Counted from the stretch's first letter, positions 10,101-21,390 are shown. The stretch: 64,000 nt of DNA from Candidatus Spyradenecus sp. (GCA_045535075.1 JAZSKX010000002.1:27216-91215), one strand, 5' to 3'. Numbers and translations: made by a program. The notes: generated by a model from the sequence alone, not told the origin.

Positions 10101-10385
10101 TGGAAAACCAATCGTGTGATGAAAAAAGACGAAAGAGCCATGTCACGTAAAAATCTTGAAGACGAAATCGCGGAATGCGGCTACGCGCTTCAATGGGCGA
10201 TTTACGCCGTCGCCCTAAGAAAATTCCTGCGAAAAACACTGGGAGACGGCTATTCGACCGAGCGCAATTTCGGCGGAATCGCGTACTTCTTTGTGCGTTG
10301 GAACACGGTTTTCTTTGACAACTCCCTGGACGACGGCAAACTCGACGCGCTCGAAAATATTTTATCGGAAAGGAATTCGCGATGA
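7191..10385 (+). CDS. recB: Exodeoxyribonuclease V beta subunit RecB (UvrD helicase plus nuclease)
   Basis: EASAGTGKT, VTFTEAAT, LVDEFQDTD, GDPKQAIYEFRG, TLHKSKGL, C-terminal GYIDLV...IADWKT; start at ATG 7191. Confidence 0.9.
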   Translation: MGDSATQQAFDILDLERPGVIEASAGTGKTYSIAEIYLALLCGHTRYAQNPPKDFDFGRNPNPPSVREILVVTFTEAATNELTERLQKRIREAVKKELSPDASEKEKNERRLLRLADAEFDEAAVSTIHGFCMRVLRDFSFECGLPPALVPAENLTEEMTRFAARFRTREALLGNKRILELSTNDIRSIIDKLAKNPDIAIAEPDNGDRSDPDFHVATRGLKAWLTERKKIEQLSFDEVLLRLRDALREKPQLARKIAARYRVALVDEFQDTDPVQWEIFNLIFVRQKRPFFCVGDPKQAIYEFRGGDIRTYTQAVGEILRKNRDNRLRLITNWRSEATMIAAFNELFRADSQIEPTAQGVPVSGNLNYLDAVPAKRKEDSEKNAPAIFLRTGFSGAIEGARAKVRERLVEDIQILITKQKIPPEAIAVLTRKNNEAFAILRELTKKGVPAVMSATGSVLETEEASAIGEILDAMLNPSSTSAILRAAVCEFFGTSFFESLAQKGSGENEALSKLRERLFEAQKIWEQRDVLSAFSLLEKTYSFRENLAKLSEASRRLANATHILEILQTEAHQRRLAPQALFNRFSEMLRSPNPDSEKEALRIDSDAPAVQITTLHKSKGLQYEIVFLPSLWDMPISSGGSKVRCVRSQTQSGDRQILLRKNAAIQHAEIEETAQTHACLNYVAFTRAKKACVAYHANEATSYGKKIESYFSKILSAAGICGNATGNGEAKHWKILAEDDALPEILFLREKKSTARNSPDFLFPQNKPKNGAWGIFSFSKIIDDHETQNGKLEPETDDAEKIIDGTIQKSELFQAPDYYDLAAGKEFGTLVHAIFEQVDFKTRNNLDALIEFYRERFPQWLADDASREKIRKMIDETLELPIDGKSAKLSQIDSTRDALRELEFLFHAKKSENLYSELNDVFSSWGGIYKRTAEIHWASGDAGTLKIEGLMHGYIDLVARTNGRYYIADWKTNRVMKKDERAMSRKNLEDEIAECGYALQWAIYAVALRKFLRKTLGDGYSTERNFGGIAYFFVRWNTVFFDNSLDDGKLDALENILSERNSR

Positions 10386-12112
10386 CTCACCACGGCGACG
10401 GATTTGCCGGCAGCGAAGCACATTGGCTCGGCAGCGAAATTGAACTTCTTTCAAGCGACGCAGGATTTACGCCGAAACAAGCCGCGGAAATGCGCCGACT
10501 GACGGAAGCGCTCGCTAACGCCGTTTTTTCCGAGAAGGAAACATGCCTGCCGATTTCCGCCGCAGAAGACTTGGCGTTTCTCTGCGAATTGAGCAAAAAC
10601 ACAAATCCGATTATCTCCAGCGAGCCGAATGCCCGAACGCCGCTCATCCTAGATATCGAAACCGTAACAAACGCACCGACGCTCTATTTCCGAAAACATT
10701 TCGCTGAAGAATGCTTCATTGCGCGCTCCGTTCGCGCCGCCGCAAATGCCCCGGAAGCTCCGATTTCCCCGCTTCAGGAAAACATCATCGGCGCGGGAAC
10801 GAAAGACGGATTCGGATTCGCGCTCACCGACGAACAAAAAAACGCAGTCCGGGCAATTCTCCGGAGGCAATTCACAATTATTTCCGGCGGACCGGGAACC
10901 GGGAAAACCAGCCTGCTGCTCCGGGCTCTCATCGGAATTCTTGCCGAAAATCCCGAAGCCTCAATCGAAATTGCCGCTCCGACGGGAAAAGCGGCAAACC
11001 GTATCCAAGAATCCATTACAAAACAATTTTCGGAAATCGACGACGGAAAACTGATTGCGACAGCGACAAAAAACGTTCGGGAGAAAATTTCAAAAATCGT
11101 TCCCAAAACGCTTCACCGATTGCTGTCACTTTCTGCGGGAACGACGCGTCCGAAGCCGATTCTCGCCGACGTCGTCATCATCGACGAAGCCTCCATGATT
11201 TCGCAAAACCTGATGGCAACGTTATTAAGCGCCCTTCCCGCGCACGCGAAATTGATTTTGCTCGGCGACAAAAATCAGCTCGACTCCGTCCAACCCGGAC
11301 ACGTTTTCGGCGATTTTTATAACGCTCCCGCGCTATCGCGTTCCCGCGCATCGCTCGTTAAGAGCCATCGATTCAACGACGACAATTTCGTCGGACAACT
11401 CGCCGCCGCCGTCCTCGACGGCAAAAACGAAAAAATCCCGAACCTGCTTTCGCGTGCCCCGGAAAACACGACCGTCGAGTATTGCGACGAGGCAAGCGCG
11501 CGGGAGCAAATCGAGCGCGTACTTCATCTGTGCCTTCCCGCCGAACTGAAAAATCCTTCGCCCGACATCGACCCGAAAACGATTTTGCACGCGCTGGAAA
11601 GTTCCCGCGTACTCACACCGAGCACCGAAGGCGTTTTCGGCGTACATGCTCTCAACGCCGCCGCACAAAAGATCTTTGCGCCGGCATCCCGCGGCGAACA
11701 TTTTCACGGACGCCCGATTCTCGTCACGCAAAACGCGCCGGAATTTTCGCTTAGCAACGGAGACGTCGGACTCATTTTGCGCTCGCCGGAAAACTTCAAC
11801 TTTTATGCGTGGTTTCAGGACGGGAACGGAGAGGCCCGTTCAATTCCAGTCGTGCTTTTGCCCAAACACGAAACCGCCTACGCGATGACGATTCACAAGT
11901 CGCAAGGTTCGGAATTTTCCCGCCTCGGCATTTTCTTTCCGAAAAACACGCGCCCCGGATTCTACACGCGCCAGCTTCTTTACACGGCAATTACACGCTT
12001 TAAGGAAACGCCGCAGAGCAGACTTTGCTTCTGTTGCGATCCCGAATCCGTTGCAAGCGCCGTCAGCTCCGACGCACAATCGCACTCGCTCCTTCCCGCG
12101 CGCCTGAAATAA
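10382..12112 (+). CDS. recD: Exodeoxyribonuclease V alpha subunit RecD
   Basis: SGGPGTGKT, AAPTGKAA, IIDEASM, LGDKNQL, AMTIHKSQGSEF; ATGA overlap with recB. Confidence 0.92.
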   Translation: MTHHGDGFAGSEAHWLGSEIELLSSDAGFTPKQAAEMRRLTEALANAVFSEKETCLPISAAEDLAFLCELSKNTNPIISSEPNARTPLILDIETVTNAPTLYFRKHFAEECFIARSVRAAANAPEAPISPLQENIIGAGTKDGFGFALTDEQKNAVRAILRRQFTIISGGPGTGKTSLLLRALIGILAENPEASIEIAAPTGKAANRIQESITKQFSEIDDGKLIATATKNVREKISKIVPKTLHRLLSLSAGTTRPKPILADVVIIDEASMISQNLMATLLSALPAHAKLILLGDKNQLDSVQPGHVFGDFYNAPALSRSRASLVKSHRFNDDNFVGQLAAAVLDGKNEKIPNLLSRAPENTTVEYCDEASAREQIERVLHLCLPAELKNPSPDIDPKTILHALESSRVLTPSTEGVFGVHALNAAAQKIFAPASRGEHFHGRPILVTQNAPEFSLSNGDVGLILRSPENFNFYAWFQDGNGEARSIPVVLLPKHETAYAMTIHKSQGSEFSRLGIFFPKNTRPGFYTRQLLYTAITRFKETPQSRLCFCCDPESVASAVSSDAQSHSLLPARLK

Positions 12113-12207
12113 TCGTCGTTAAGGCGCGGCCGAAAATTTTCCGCTCCCGGTTAATTCCCTTTCCCGCAAGCTCGTTTTCTGTTTTTATTGTTCTTTTACT
12201 TTTTCAA

Positions 12208-14085
12208 ATGGACAAGAAAAACACAATTATTGGAGCATTGCTGATTGCAACGGCAATCGGACTTATGTTCTGGGATGCCCGAAACCGTTCGGAAATGCCG
12301 CCCCCGGCGCCGAAACCGGCAATCGCGCAAACACAAAACGTTTCGCCCGCTCCCGTCGTAACACAAACACCGAATGCAACCGCCGTTCCCGTAGTCAAAG
12401 CGCCGCAGGAGCCGGAAAAAATCTTTTCGCTCGAAAATTCGACGCTCAAGCTCAATATCAGCTCACACAACGGCGCGTTGAAAACCGTCGAACTGAAAAC
12501 GCAACCGACCTCGCTCGAAGACAGCGCTCCGGTCGTTTTCAACGAAGGGTCTCCCGTTCCCGCGCTCCGCATGGCATCGCCGTCCGGCGTTCGCGGCGTC
12601 GAACCGATTCCGTTTGACGTAAATTTCGTTGTTGAATCTTCGACGGAAGACAGTGCTAAGCAAACGCGCACGCTAACGCTTCTCGGCAAAAAGGACGGGC
12701 TGGAAATTCGCCGTATTTACACGCTCTCGCTCGATGAAAAAGGCGAAGGCCTTCGCGACCCGTATTTGGTTAACCACGATATCAAAATCAAACGCGTCTC
12801 CGGCGAAGCAAAGGCGTTCCCGCTCCTGCTCTCGACAGGCATGCTTCCGCCGACGGAAGGCGATCGCGCCAACATTTTCCTGAATGCTTCGTGGTACAAC
12901 GGAGATGATTACGAAAAATGCCCGCCGAGCGAATTTAAAGACTCGTCCGGATTTCTCGGGCTCGGGGCGCATCGGGCGCTTCCGGACTTCGAAGCCACGG
13001 TCGGGCACGCGGACCCGTTAAGCTTTGTTGCCGTAACCAATCAATATTTCGCCGGAGTTATCGGATTTGCGGAAAGCACGCGCCCGATCGCCTCTCGCGT
13101 TTTTGTGTTCCCGCAAAAACTTCCGCCTGCAGAACAGATTAACGACATTACGCTAACGACGCAGGCTTACGCGCAACTTGACGTTCCCGCGCTCAATATC
13201 GGGCAAACCGCCAATATCGCCCTGCACTACTTTGTCGGGCCGAAAGAATATACGCGCCTCGCCGAACTCAACGACACGATTGACGGCATCGACAATGTTG
13301 TCCAATTCACAAGCCTTTTCGGCATTATCTCAGTTGATTGGCTGTGCAAGATTCTGGTCGTCGTGATGAACGCAATTCACAATCTTCTGCCGACAAGCGC
13401 ATGGGCTTGGGGCTGGTCGATTTTGGTGATGACGCTGATTGTCAAGGGCATCACGTGGCCGCTGACGATGGCGCAACAGCGCTCTGCAAAGAAGATGCAG
13501 CAGTTCAGCGAACCGATGAAGCAGATTCGCGAAAAATACAAAGACAACCCGCAGAAAATGCAGCAGGAAATGATGAAGTTGTATCGCGACAACAAAATCA
13601 ATCCGCTCGCGGGCTGTTTCCCGGTTTTGATTCAAATTCCGATTTTCTTCGGGATGTACTGCGCGTTCCAAACCTGCGCGGAGCTACGCCTGCAAGGATT
13701 CCTTTGGATTTCCGATCTTTCCATGCCGGACCTGATTCCGGGCATGGAGGATGCAACCATCCCGCTCATCGGCGCGCAAATCCACCTGCTCCCGATTCTC
13801 ATGGGTGCAACCATGCTCGCTAATATGGCGATGACGCCGATGCCGAACGCTCAGCCCGGGCAGAAAAATATGTTCTACATCATGATGGCGATTATTCCTG
13901 TCATTTGTTACACAATGCCCTCGGCGCTAACGCTCTACTGGACGATGCAAAACATCCTGACCATCTTCCAAACTTGGTTGGTACGCCGTTCCCGCGACAA
14001 GGATTCCTCGGGAACAACGGGCGGCGTTGAAATCATTCCGCCGACCAAGAAAAAAGGACGCGGAAAAGGTCTTCCCGTTCGCTAA
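12208..14085 (+). CDS. yidC: Membrane protein insertase YidC
   Basis: MDKKN N-terminal TM, WGWSI, MMKLYRDNKINPLAGCFPVLIQIP, FLWISDLS, LTLYW; start at ATG 12208. Confidence 0.95.
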   Translation: MDKKNTIIGALLIATAIGLMFWDARNRSEMPPPAPKPAIAQTQNVSPAPVVTQTPNATAVPVVKAPQEPEKIFSLENSTLKLNISSHNGALKTVELKTQPTSLEDSAPVVFNEGSPVPALRMASPSGVRGVEPIPFDVNFVVESSTEDSAKQTRTLTLLGKKDGLEIRRIYTLSLDEKGEGLRDPYLVNHDIKIKRVSGEAKAFPLLLSTGMLPPTEGDRANIFLNASWYNGDDYEKCPPSEFKDSSGFLGLGAHRALPDFEATVGHADPLSFVAVTNQYFAGVIGFAESTRPIASRVFVFPQKLPPAEQINDITLTTQAYAQLDVPALNIGQTANIALHYFVGPKEYTRLAELNDTIDGIDNVVQFTSLFGIISVDWLCKILVVVMNAIHNLLPTSAWAWGWSILVMTLIVKGITWPLTMAQQRSAKKMQQFSEPMKQIREKYKDNPQKMQQEMMKLYRDNKINPLAGCFPVLIQIPIFFGMYCAFQTCAELRLQGFLWISDLSMPDLIPGMEDATIPLIGAQIHLLPILMGATMLANMAMTPMPNAQPGQKNMFYIMMAIIPVICYTMPSALTLYWTMQNILTIFQTWLVRRSRDKDSSGTTGGVEIIPPTKKKGRGKGLPVR

Positions 14086-14100
14086 AGGCATCACTCGACA

Positions 14101-14132
14101 AAAAAATCCCTCCGAAACCGGAGGGATTTTTT
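14101..14132. terminator. Bidirectional terminator between yidC and the efflux operon
   Basis: AAAAAATCCCTCCG-AAAC-CGGAGGGATTTTTT. Confidence 0.85.
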
Positions 14133-14174
14133 ATCGGAAAGCAAACGCTGAAATTAAGCAGAGGACGCGATTTC

Positions 14175-15554
14175 TCAGCTTTCCGGATCCATTGCAATCA
14201 GATACGCGATTGCGGCAATGGCTTCGCGGTAATCGTATTCAGCCGTAACGGAAGCCGCTCTCGCCTCCGTCAACGAAACCTGCGCGTCCGTTCGGTCGAG
14301 AGCCGAAGCCTTCCCGACGCGGAATTGCTCGGTTACGATATCGAAATTTTCTTTTGACGCGCGCTCGGAGAGTTGCGCAACTTCGCGTTGCTTTTTTGCA
14401 CGCGTGAGGTTGAGCGCCGCCGTGCAAATTTTCGCATAAAGTTCCTGCTCGTAAGCAGCGACACGGCTTCGGGCAATCCGTAATTGCGCAACGGCGTTTT
14501 CAATCGCCCGGACATTTTTTCCGCCGTCGAAAACGTTCTGAGCAATCTTTGCCGTGCCGATAAGATTCCAGATTTTCGGCATATCCAAGTCGTCGCCTTC
14601 GAGTGATGCCGTAAAATTCAGGCCGAGCGACGGATACAAGTCCGCGATCGTTTTGTCGACATAAGCCGACGCCGCCTTCTCACGTGCAATCAATTCTGCA
14701 AGCCCGGGCTCGCGTTCCCGCGCAATCGTCATAAGCACTTCGACATCGCCGACAAAAGTCCCCATGACGTTCCCGCCGATTTCATAATTCGGGGATTCCG
14801 CAAAACCAAGCGCAAGATTCAATTCCGCACGCGCCGTCTTTATGCGGTTCTGCGTATTAATACTCTGGAGGACTGCGTTGTTATAGTCGACTTCCGCTTT
14901 CGTGCAATCGTATTTCGTCCCTTTTTGCGCCTCATATTTTGCGAGCATTTGCGTAAGATGCTCCTTGTATTGGGCAACCGATTGCTCGGCAACGACATTT
15001 AACTCGGTACTTCGGCGAAGCTCAAAATAAGCTTTTCTTACGTTGTAACGCACAAGATTTTCCGCCGAAAGCAGAGCTTTTTCCGCCGAAAGCAATTCGG
15101 CAAGCGCCTTTTGGAAGCGCGCGTCCGTTTTCCCGAAGTCCCAAAGCAACAATTCAAGCGATAAACCGACTTTGCTTCCGCCGTCGCTGTGGAAACTCTG
15201 CCCGTGCGAAGAATTATTATGGGTTCCGCGCGAATATGATGCCGTTGCATCAATCTTCGGCTCGTAATCCGATCGCACGTCCTTCACGGCGAGTTCCGCC
15301 GCAATAACGGCTTGGCGGGCCTGAAAGACCTTCGGATTCGCGTCGAGCGCGATTCCTTCGAAGTCGCTAAGAGACAGCGCGATTCCCGCCGGGAATCCGT
15401 ATTCGGAGAAAGAAACGGTGCGTTCGCCGCGCAAACGATTCGCCGCGTCTTGTGCTTCCCGCGCCTCCTCTACCGTCGAGCACGCCGTTCCCGCGAGCAA
15501 CGTTCCCGCCGCCAGCATCAGCCAAAAATTTTTTACTCTAAACTCAGTTTTCAT
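14175..15554 (-). CDS. TolC-family outer membrane efflux lipoprotein
   Basis: Lipobox-like LAGTAC, two OEP-type halves (LWDFGK; YPSL...FDGG); last gene of the RND operon; start at ATG 15554. Confidence 0.85.
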   Translation of the reverse strand: MKTEFRVKNFWLMLAAGTLLAGTACSTVEEAREAQDAANRLRGERTVSFSEYGFPAGIALSLSDFEGIALDANPKVFQARQAVIAAELAVKDVRSDYEPKIDATASYSRGTHNNSSHGQSFHSDGGSKVGLSLELLLWDFGKTDARFQKALAELLSAEKALLSAENLVRYNVRKAYFELRRSTELNVVAEQSVAQYKEHLTQMLAKYEAQKGTKYDCTKAEVDYNNAVLQSINTQNRIKTARAELNLALGFAESPNYEIGGNVMGTFVGDVEVLMTIAREREPGLAELIAREKAASAYVDKTIADLYPSLGLNFTASLEGDDLDMPKIWNLIGTAKIAQNVFDGGKNVRAIENAVAQLRIARSRVAAYEQELYAKICTAALNLTRAKKQREVAQLSERASKENFDIVTEQFRVGKASALDRTDAQVSLTEARAASVTAEYDYREAIAAIAYLIAMDPES

Positions 15555-18500
15555 TATTTTTCCTCTTCGTTTCGGGATTCGGCGATTTCGGCGGAAATAG
15601 CGGCAACGGCTTCCGCAGTCGGTGCGTCCGGGATATTTGCCGGTTTGCGGCAAAATTCACGCATCCGCTGGAAAAGCGCATAAAGCGCCGGGGCAAAAAT
15701 AATTCCGATAAGCGTTGCGGCGAGCATTCCCGTAAACGTCGTTACGCCGATTGCACGGCGGGAACCGGCGCCTGCGCCCGTTGCAATAACGAGCGGGAAC
15801 ACGCCGAACAGGAAGGACCACGCCGTCATCAACACGGCGCGAAAGCGCAAAGACGCTCCGAGCATTGCAGCTTCTTTGATGGAATAACCGGCTTCCCGAG
15901 ACTGTTTCGAAAATTCAATCATCAGAATTGCGTTTTTCGCGGAAAGCCCGATGAGCATGACAAGCCCGAGTTGCGCATAAATGCTCAACGACAAGCCCCA
16001 AACAAGCAGACCGACCAAAGCCCCGAATGTCGGAATCGTCACGGTCAACATAACGGGAACGGGAATCGTCCAACTTTCGTATTGAGCGACAAGGAAAAGA
16101 TACGCGAAAAGCATCGCCAGAGCCATGATAAGGACGATTTGCCCTTCGTTTTGGCGCTCCTGATAGCTTTGTCCTTTCCACTCGAAATGGTAGCCCTGCG
16201 GGAGCTTCATGTTCTCAAGCAACTCCATAACTTCGCCCGAGGTATAGCCTTCGGCAACCTGCACGGAAAGATCCGCCGCCGTCATTTTGTTGAAGCGCTG
16301 AATTTCCGTCGGCCCGACCGTGTAGCGCAATGTCGCCAGCGATGCCAACGGCACCATTTCCCCGGATTTACTTTGTATGAGCACGCCGCGAATATCATCC
16401 TGCGTCACGCGGAAAGCCTTGTCCGCCTGCATTTTTACGTAGAATGAATCCCCCGCGAAGTTAAAATCATTGATATAAAACGACGCGAGAAAACTCTGAA
16501 GCGTCGAGAAAATCGAGCTGACGGGAACGCCCAGAGACTCGGCTTTTTCGCGATCGATATCAAGAAAGAGCTGCGCGGTATCGGCGTTGTAAGAGGAGCT
16601 TGCGCGGCGCACCTGCGGGAGCTGATTCAAGTCGGCAACGAGATTTTTAACAACCGAGGAAAGCTCCGTCGGAGAAATATCGCCTTCGCCGCAAAGCACG
16701 GCGGAAACCCCGCCGACGCTTCCCAAGCCCATAATTGCAGGCGGCGTAAAGAAAATGATTTTTGCCTCGGGAATATCCGATGTAACCTCCTGCAATTTGG
16801 CGACGATCGCGCTAAGCTGCGTTTCCGGAGTTTGGCGATGTTCCCAATCTTCAAGACGAATAAAGCCCATGGCGACATTTTCGCCGTTGGCGCTCATTTG
16901 ACTGCGCCCGGGAATCGTCATCACGGACTGCACTCCGGGAACGGCACGAATGCGTTCCCGCACCTTGTCGAGCGTCGCCTCGGTGCGCATAATCGTTGCG
17001 CCCGGTGCCAACTCGATATTCATCATAACGGAGCCTTTATCCTCGTCCGGCAAAAACGACCCCGGAATTTTTTCCGAGAAAAACCAAATTCCGGCGAAGA
17101 ACAAAAGCATGAAGCCGACCGTCAACGACGCACGGCGAACGAGGCGAAGAACAAATTTAATGTAAATTTCCTTCGTTCCCGAAAGGAAATTATTGAACGC
17201 GACAAAAATGCGCGACGTGCTTTTTGTCGGCGGACGCAAAATCAAGGCGCAAAGCGCCGGGCTGAGCGTCAGCGCAACGACCGTCGAAAGCGTCAGCGCA
17301 ATACACATCGTTACCGAGAACTGCATGTAAATGCGCCCGACCATGCCGCCGTAAAACGCAAGCGGCACATAACAGGCAATCGTAACGAGCGTTGTCGCGA
17401 TAATCGCTCCCGTAATTTGAGACATGCTTTTAATCGCCGCTTCTTTTGCGCCCAGCCCTTCCCGCGACATCAGCGACTGGCAGTTTTCGACGACGACAAT
17501 CGCATCGTCCACAAGCGAACCGATAACGAGAATCAATCCGAACATCGTCAGCACGTTCACGCTGTAATCCATCAGATACATGAACGTGAACGTCCCCACA
17601 AGCGCGACGGGAATGGCGATTGCGGGAACGAGCGTCGCGCGCCAATCCTGAAGAAAAACGTAGGTCACCAAAACGACAAGCAGGAGTGCGACGATAATCG
17701 TTTCGACGATTTCATTAATCGAAACGACGATAAACTTTGTCGGATCGTAGGAAACTTCGTACGAAATTCCTGCGGGAAAACGCTTTGCCATGTCTTCGAG
17801 CAAGGCGTTGACTTTCCTGACTGTCGCCAGCGCATTGGAATCGCTGTTGCGATAAATTCCCAAGCCGACGGTTTCCTTACCGTTAAAGCTCCCGCGCCCG
17901 GCGTAAGATTTCGAGCCGAGCTCCACGCGGGCGACGTCTTTCAGGCGGAGAATACTGCCGTCGGAATCCGTCCGGACAATAATATCGCCGAATTCTTCCG
18001 CCGTTTTCAAACGTCCCTGAACGTTCAGTTTGAATTGAAGAAATTCATTGCCCTGCTCCGAGCCGAGCGTTCCCGCCGCCGCCTGAATATTTTGCGATTC
18101 AACGGCATCGGAAATGTCGTTTGTCGACAATCCCAATCCCGCCAAACGCACAGGATCGAGCCAAATACGCATCGAATAAACGTCGCCGCCCATCACATCG
18201 GCGGAAGAAACTCCGTCTACACGGGAAATCGCATCGCAAACCGTCGTTGAAATGTAATTACTCAATTCCTGCGTATTCATCGACGTCCCGTCGGTCGCAA
18301 ACGCATACATCGCAAGAATGTCGTTGCTTCGTTTACGCACCTGAACGCCGGTACGCTGAACTTCCGAGGGCAATTTCCGCTCGGCGCGTTTGATGGCATT
18401 TTGGACATTGACCATCGCAATGTCGTCGTTCACGCCCGTTTTAAATGAAATCCCGCAGGAATATTGCCCGTCGTTACTGCAGGTCGACGAGAAATAAAGC

Positions 18501-18727
18501 ATGTCTTCGAGACCGTTGATTTCGGCATCGAGCGGCGTTGCAATAACGTCGCGCACGGTTTCGGCGCTCGCGCCCGTGTAGCTGGCGGAAACTCGGATGC
18601 TCGGCGGAGCAATATCGGGATACTCCTCGACGGGAAGGCGCATCAGGCAAAGCAATCCCGCAAGGAACATTACAAGGCTGATTACCGCCGCAAAGCGCGG
18701 ACGCTCAATAAAAATTCGGGAAAACAT
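15554..18727 (-). CDS. RND efflux permease (AcrB/HAE1 family)
   Basis: [53 protein letters not shown]; start at ATG 18727. Confidence 0.95.
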   Translation of the reverse strand: MFSRIFIERPRFAAVISLVMFLAGLLCLMRLPVEEYPDIAPPSIRVSASYTGASAETVRDVIATPLDAEINGLEDMLYFSSTCSNDGQYSCGISFKTGVNDDIAMVNVQNAIKRAERKLPSEVQRTGVQVRKRSNDILAMYAFATDGTSMNTQELSNYISTTVCDAISRVDGVSSADVMGGDVYSMRIWLDPVRLAGLGLSTNDISDAVESQNIQAAAGTLGSEQGNEFLQFKLNVQGRLKTAEEFGDIIVRTDSDGSILRLKDVARVELGSKSYAGRGSFNGKETVGLGIYRNSDSNALATVRKVNALLEDMAKRFPAGISYEVSYDPTKFIVVSINEIVETIIVALLLVVLVTYVFLQDWRATLVPAIAIPVALVGTFTFMYLMDYSVNVLTMFGLILVIGSLVDDAIVVVENCQSLMSREGLGAKEAAIKSMSQITGAIIATTLVTIACYVPLAFYGGMVGRIYMQFSVTMCIALTLSTVVALTLSPALCALILRPPTKSTSRIFVAFNNFLSGTKEIYIKFVLRLVRRASLTVGFMLLFFAGIWFFSEKIPGSFLPDEDKGSVMMNIELAPGATIMRTEATLDKVRERIRAVPGVQSVMTIPGRSQMSANGENVAMGFIRLEDWEHRQTPETQLSAIVAKLQEVTSDIPEAKIIFFTPPAIMGLGSVGGVSAVLCGEGDISPTELSSVVKNLVADLNQLPQVRRASSSYNADTAQLFLDIDREKAESLGVPVSSIFSTLQSFLASFYINDFNFAGDSFYVKMQADKAFRVTQDDIRGVLIQSKSGEMVPLASLATLRYTVGPTEIQRFNKMTAADLSVQVAEGYTSGEVMELLENMKLPQGYHFEWKGQSYQERQNEGQIVLIMALAMLFAYLFLVAQYESWTIPVPVMLTVTIPTFGALVGLLVWGLSLSIYAQLGLVMLIGLSAKNAILMIEFSKQSREAGYSIKEAAMLGASLRFRAVLMTAWSFLFGVFPLVIATGAGAGSRRAIGVTTFTGMLAATLIGIIFAPALYALFQRMREFCRKPANIPDAPTAEAVAAISAEIAESRNEEEK

Positions 18728-18821
18728 TTTAACAACAAAACTCCGGCGGCAAGAAAGCAGGAAACCGGTCAACGCCTTTGCTCAAGCAAAAACCTCTCGC
18801 CGCACTATTATTCACAATTCG

Positions 18822-19913
18822 TTATTCGCTGACTTTGACTTTCCGCCCGGGAATCGCCTTGTGCGTCCCGTCGGTAACAATGCGCTCTCCGACTTTCAAA
18901 CCGGATTCGACAAACTGTAAATTTTTCGTCGATTGCGCGAGCACGACATTACGGCGCTCCACCTTGTTTTCTGCGTCCAAAACGTAAACGTAAGCGCTTT
19001 CGTTGTCGTGCATCACGGCAGACGGAAGCACCGCCGGCATCCGCGTTCCCGTGCTACGACCGAGGACAACCGAAACCGTGCTCCCGGGAAGCAAAACATT
19101 ATTCGGATTGGCAAAATTTGCGTAAATCTGCACCGCGTCGGTTTGTTCATTTGCGATGTTGTCGATAAAATCAATGCTTCCCGCGATATCATAGCGCCGC
19201 CCGTCCGCGAGCGTCAGCGTAACGCTTGCCTGCTCCCGCAGATTTTTTTCCGTTCCGAAAATCTGGAGAAAATCACGATTACTCAGCGAAAAACGGACGC
19301 GCACGGGATCGCGCTGGACAATCGTCGTCAGCGTTCCCGAAGCCGGCGTAACATAGCTTCCGAGCGGAGCGGCATTGACTCCGATTCGCCCGTCTGCGGG
19401 AGCGAGAATAACCGTATTTTTCAAATCATCCTGAGCAACAACCAAATCCGCCTCCGCCGCCGTCAGCATCGCCTTGTACGCTTCGTATTCACTACGCGCA
19501 CTTTCAAGCTCGTCCTGCGTCGAAACTTCCTTGTCAAAAAGCAACTGCGTGCGCTCAAAATTTGCCTTCGAGTAAGCAATGCGCGCTTTCAATTCCGCGA
19601 TTTTCGCTTCCGCGCTTTTTTGCGCCGCAACATAACGGACGTCGTCCAAGCGATAAAGGCGCTGACCTTTTTTGACGAAATCGCCTTCCTTAAACGCGAC
19701 TTCCAGCAAGTCGCCGGAAACACGCGAAGTAACGGCGACAATCGACGGCGAAACAACGCGCCCGGGATAACGATGCGTAATCACGTTTTCCGCCTCACGA
19801 ACCGTTCCCACGGCAACCAATTCCAAGCGTTCTTCCTGCGCCCGCGCGCCGGTCCCCGCCAGCATCGCGGCGAGCAAAACGACAATTCCCATCCTCCAAA
19901 TACGTGTATTCAT
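18822..19913 (-). CDS. RND efflux periplasmic adaptor (MFP)
   Basis: SRVSG...FKEGDFVKKGQRLY, ILAPADGRIG, GLKVGERIVTDG. Confidence 0.92.
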   Translation of the reverse strand: MNTRIWRMGIVVLLAAMLAGTGARAQEERLELVAVGTVREAENVITHRYPGRVVSPSIVAVTSRVSGDLLEVAFKEGDFVKKGQRLYRLDDVRYVAAQKSAEAKIAELKARIAYSKANFERTQLLFDKEVSTQDELESARSEYEAYKAMLTAAEADLVVAQDDLKNTVILAPADGRIGVNAAPLGSYVTPASGTLTTIVQRDPVRVRFSLSNRDFLQIFGTEKNLREQASVTLTLADGRRYDIAGSIDFIDNIANEQTDAVQIYANFANPNNVLLPGSTVSVVLGRSTGTRMPAVLPSAVMHDNESAYVYVLDAENKVERRNVVLAQSTKNLQFVESGLKVGERIVTDGTHKAIPGRKVKVSE

Positions 19914-20085
19914 AGGTCAAAAAAAATATTTTTTTTAGCATACAGAATAAGTATCGGCTTGGCAAAAAAGTTTTCTCAAACACGGGAACGCGCTTGCGCG
20001 GGAACACAAAAAGCACGCTCACGGAAACCCGCTTCGCGCAAGCAATATTTTTAAGACGGGAACGCGACTCCGGCGAGAGCGTCAA

Positions 20086-20742
20086 TTATTCCGCAGGCTC
20101 AAACAAATCGAGAATGTTTTCTTTCCCGACGACGAGATGGTAGGCATGCCACCCGCAGGCTTTCGCTCCCGCAACATTTGCCGCGTTGTCGTCGATAAAA
20201 AGCGATTCCGCGGGAACGACTCCCGCCGCCTGCGCCGCGCGTTCGTAAATTGCCGATTCGGGTTTTACTGAACCGAGTTCATCCGAATAAAACGTCTTCT
20301 CGAAAATCGCATCAAAATCCCCGCCGAATTGCTCACGAAACATCTCGCGAAAGCGATTTCGGTGCGGCGGATTCGTGTTGCTCAGCACAAAAATGCGATA
20401 GCGCCGTTCCCGCGCAAGCCTCCGGAGCAACTCAATGCGTGCGGGAACGAAGCCGCCGAGTAATGCATGCCACGCATTCCAAATTTTTGCTTCGGGAATA
20501 TTTTCGCCGTCGGGCAACAATTTTCGAAGTTCTTCGAGAAATTTCTCCGTCGTAATCGCGCCGCGCTCGTGAGCATCAAAAAACGTTCCCGAGCCGGCTT
20601 GCGTCTGCTCGGCGCTAAGCCTTGAGACGCCGAGTTCGACAAAAGCGGCAAGCGTACGCTCCAAATGAACATCCATAATAACGCCGCCGAAGTCGAAGAA
20701 AACATTACGAATTTCGGGAGAAAAATCCTGACGAAGTTTCAT
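20086..20742 (-). CDS. HAD-family phosphatase
   Basis: FFDFGGV, LSNTN, KP, FIDD motifs; start at ATG 20742. Confidence 0.88.
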   Translation of the reverse strand: MKLRQDFSPEIRNVFFDFGGVIMDVHLERTLAAFVELGVSRLSAEQTQAGSGTFFDAHERGAITTEKFLEELRKLLPDGENIPEAKIWNAWHALLGGFVPARIELLRRLARERRYRIFVLSNTNPPHRNRFREMFREQFGGDFDAIFEKTFYSDELGSVKPESAIYERAAQAAGVVPAESLFIDDNAANVAGAKACGWHAYHLVVGKENILDLFEPAE

Positions 20743-20979
20743 GCCGGAAACCCTATTTAAAATACACGCGAGAGCCAATAATTTTCCCGTAAAAAAATCC
20801 GAACAAAAAATCGCGGCTTGCTCGCTTAATAGATGTTTTGAGTGTTAATGAGAATAGGTTAAGTTAGAGAGAGTTGGCGGGCGTTCCTCAGCAGGAACGC
20901 CCGTTTTTTCTCCATCGAACTCATTCATTTGCTTTTTCCTTACGGGAACACTAAGCTTGCGCGCTTTAAATTTCGTATC

Positions 20980-21390
20980 ATGTCACTCAAGGAAAAACAC
21001 GCCGAAATCGTCGCCGAATTGGAACCGTTTGAAGAGCCTCAGGAACGCTTCCAATACATCATCGACTGCGCCAAATCCGCTCCCTCGCTTCCGGAAAGCC
21101 TGCGCCGCGACGAATTCCTCGTCGAAGGCTGCACGTCGCAACTGTGGCTGATTTGCGATTTCGCTGACGGGGTTTGCCGCTTCCGAGTCGACGCCGATGC
21201 CGTTATTGCCAAGGGAATCGCCCTGCTTATCTGCAATTATTTTGACGGTGCCGCTCCCGCCGAAATCGTCGCCGACGATGCCGATTTTCTCGCTTCGGTC
21301 GGTATCGACCAGCATCTTTCTCCCAATCGCCGCAACGGGCTCGCCAATCTCGTCGCCAAGATTCACGCTTTTGCCAAAAACTGCCGATGA
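20980..21390 (+). CDS. sufE: SufE-family Fe-S sulfur acceptor
   Basis: VEGCTSQLWL, DADAVIAKG, HLSPNRRNGL; start at ATG 20980. Confidence 0.9.
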   Translation: MSLKEKHAEIVAELEPFEEPQERFQYIIDCAKSAPSLPESLRRDEFLVEGCTSQLWLICDFADGVCRFRVDADAVIAKGIALLICNYFDGAAPAEIVADDADFLASVGIDQHLSPNRRNGLANLVAKIHAFAKNCR

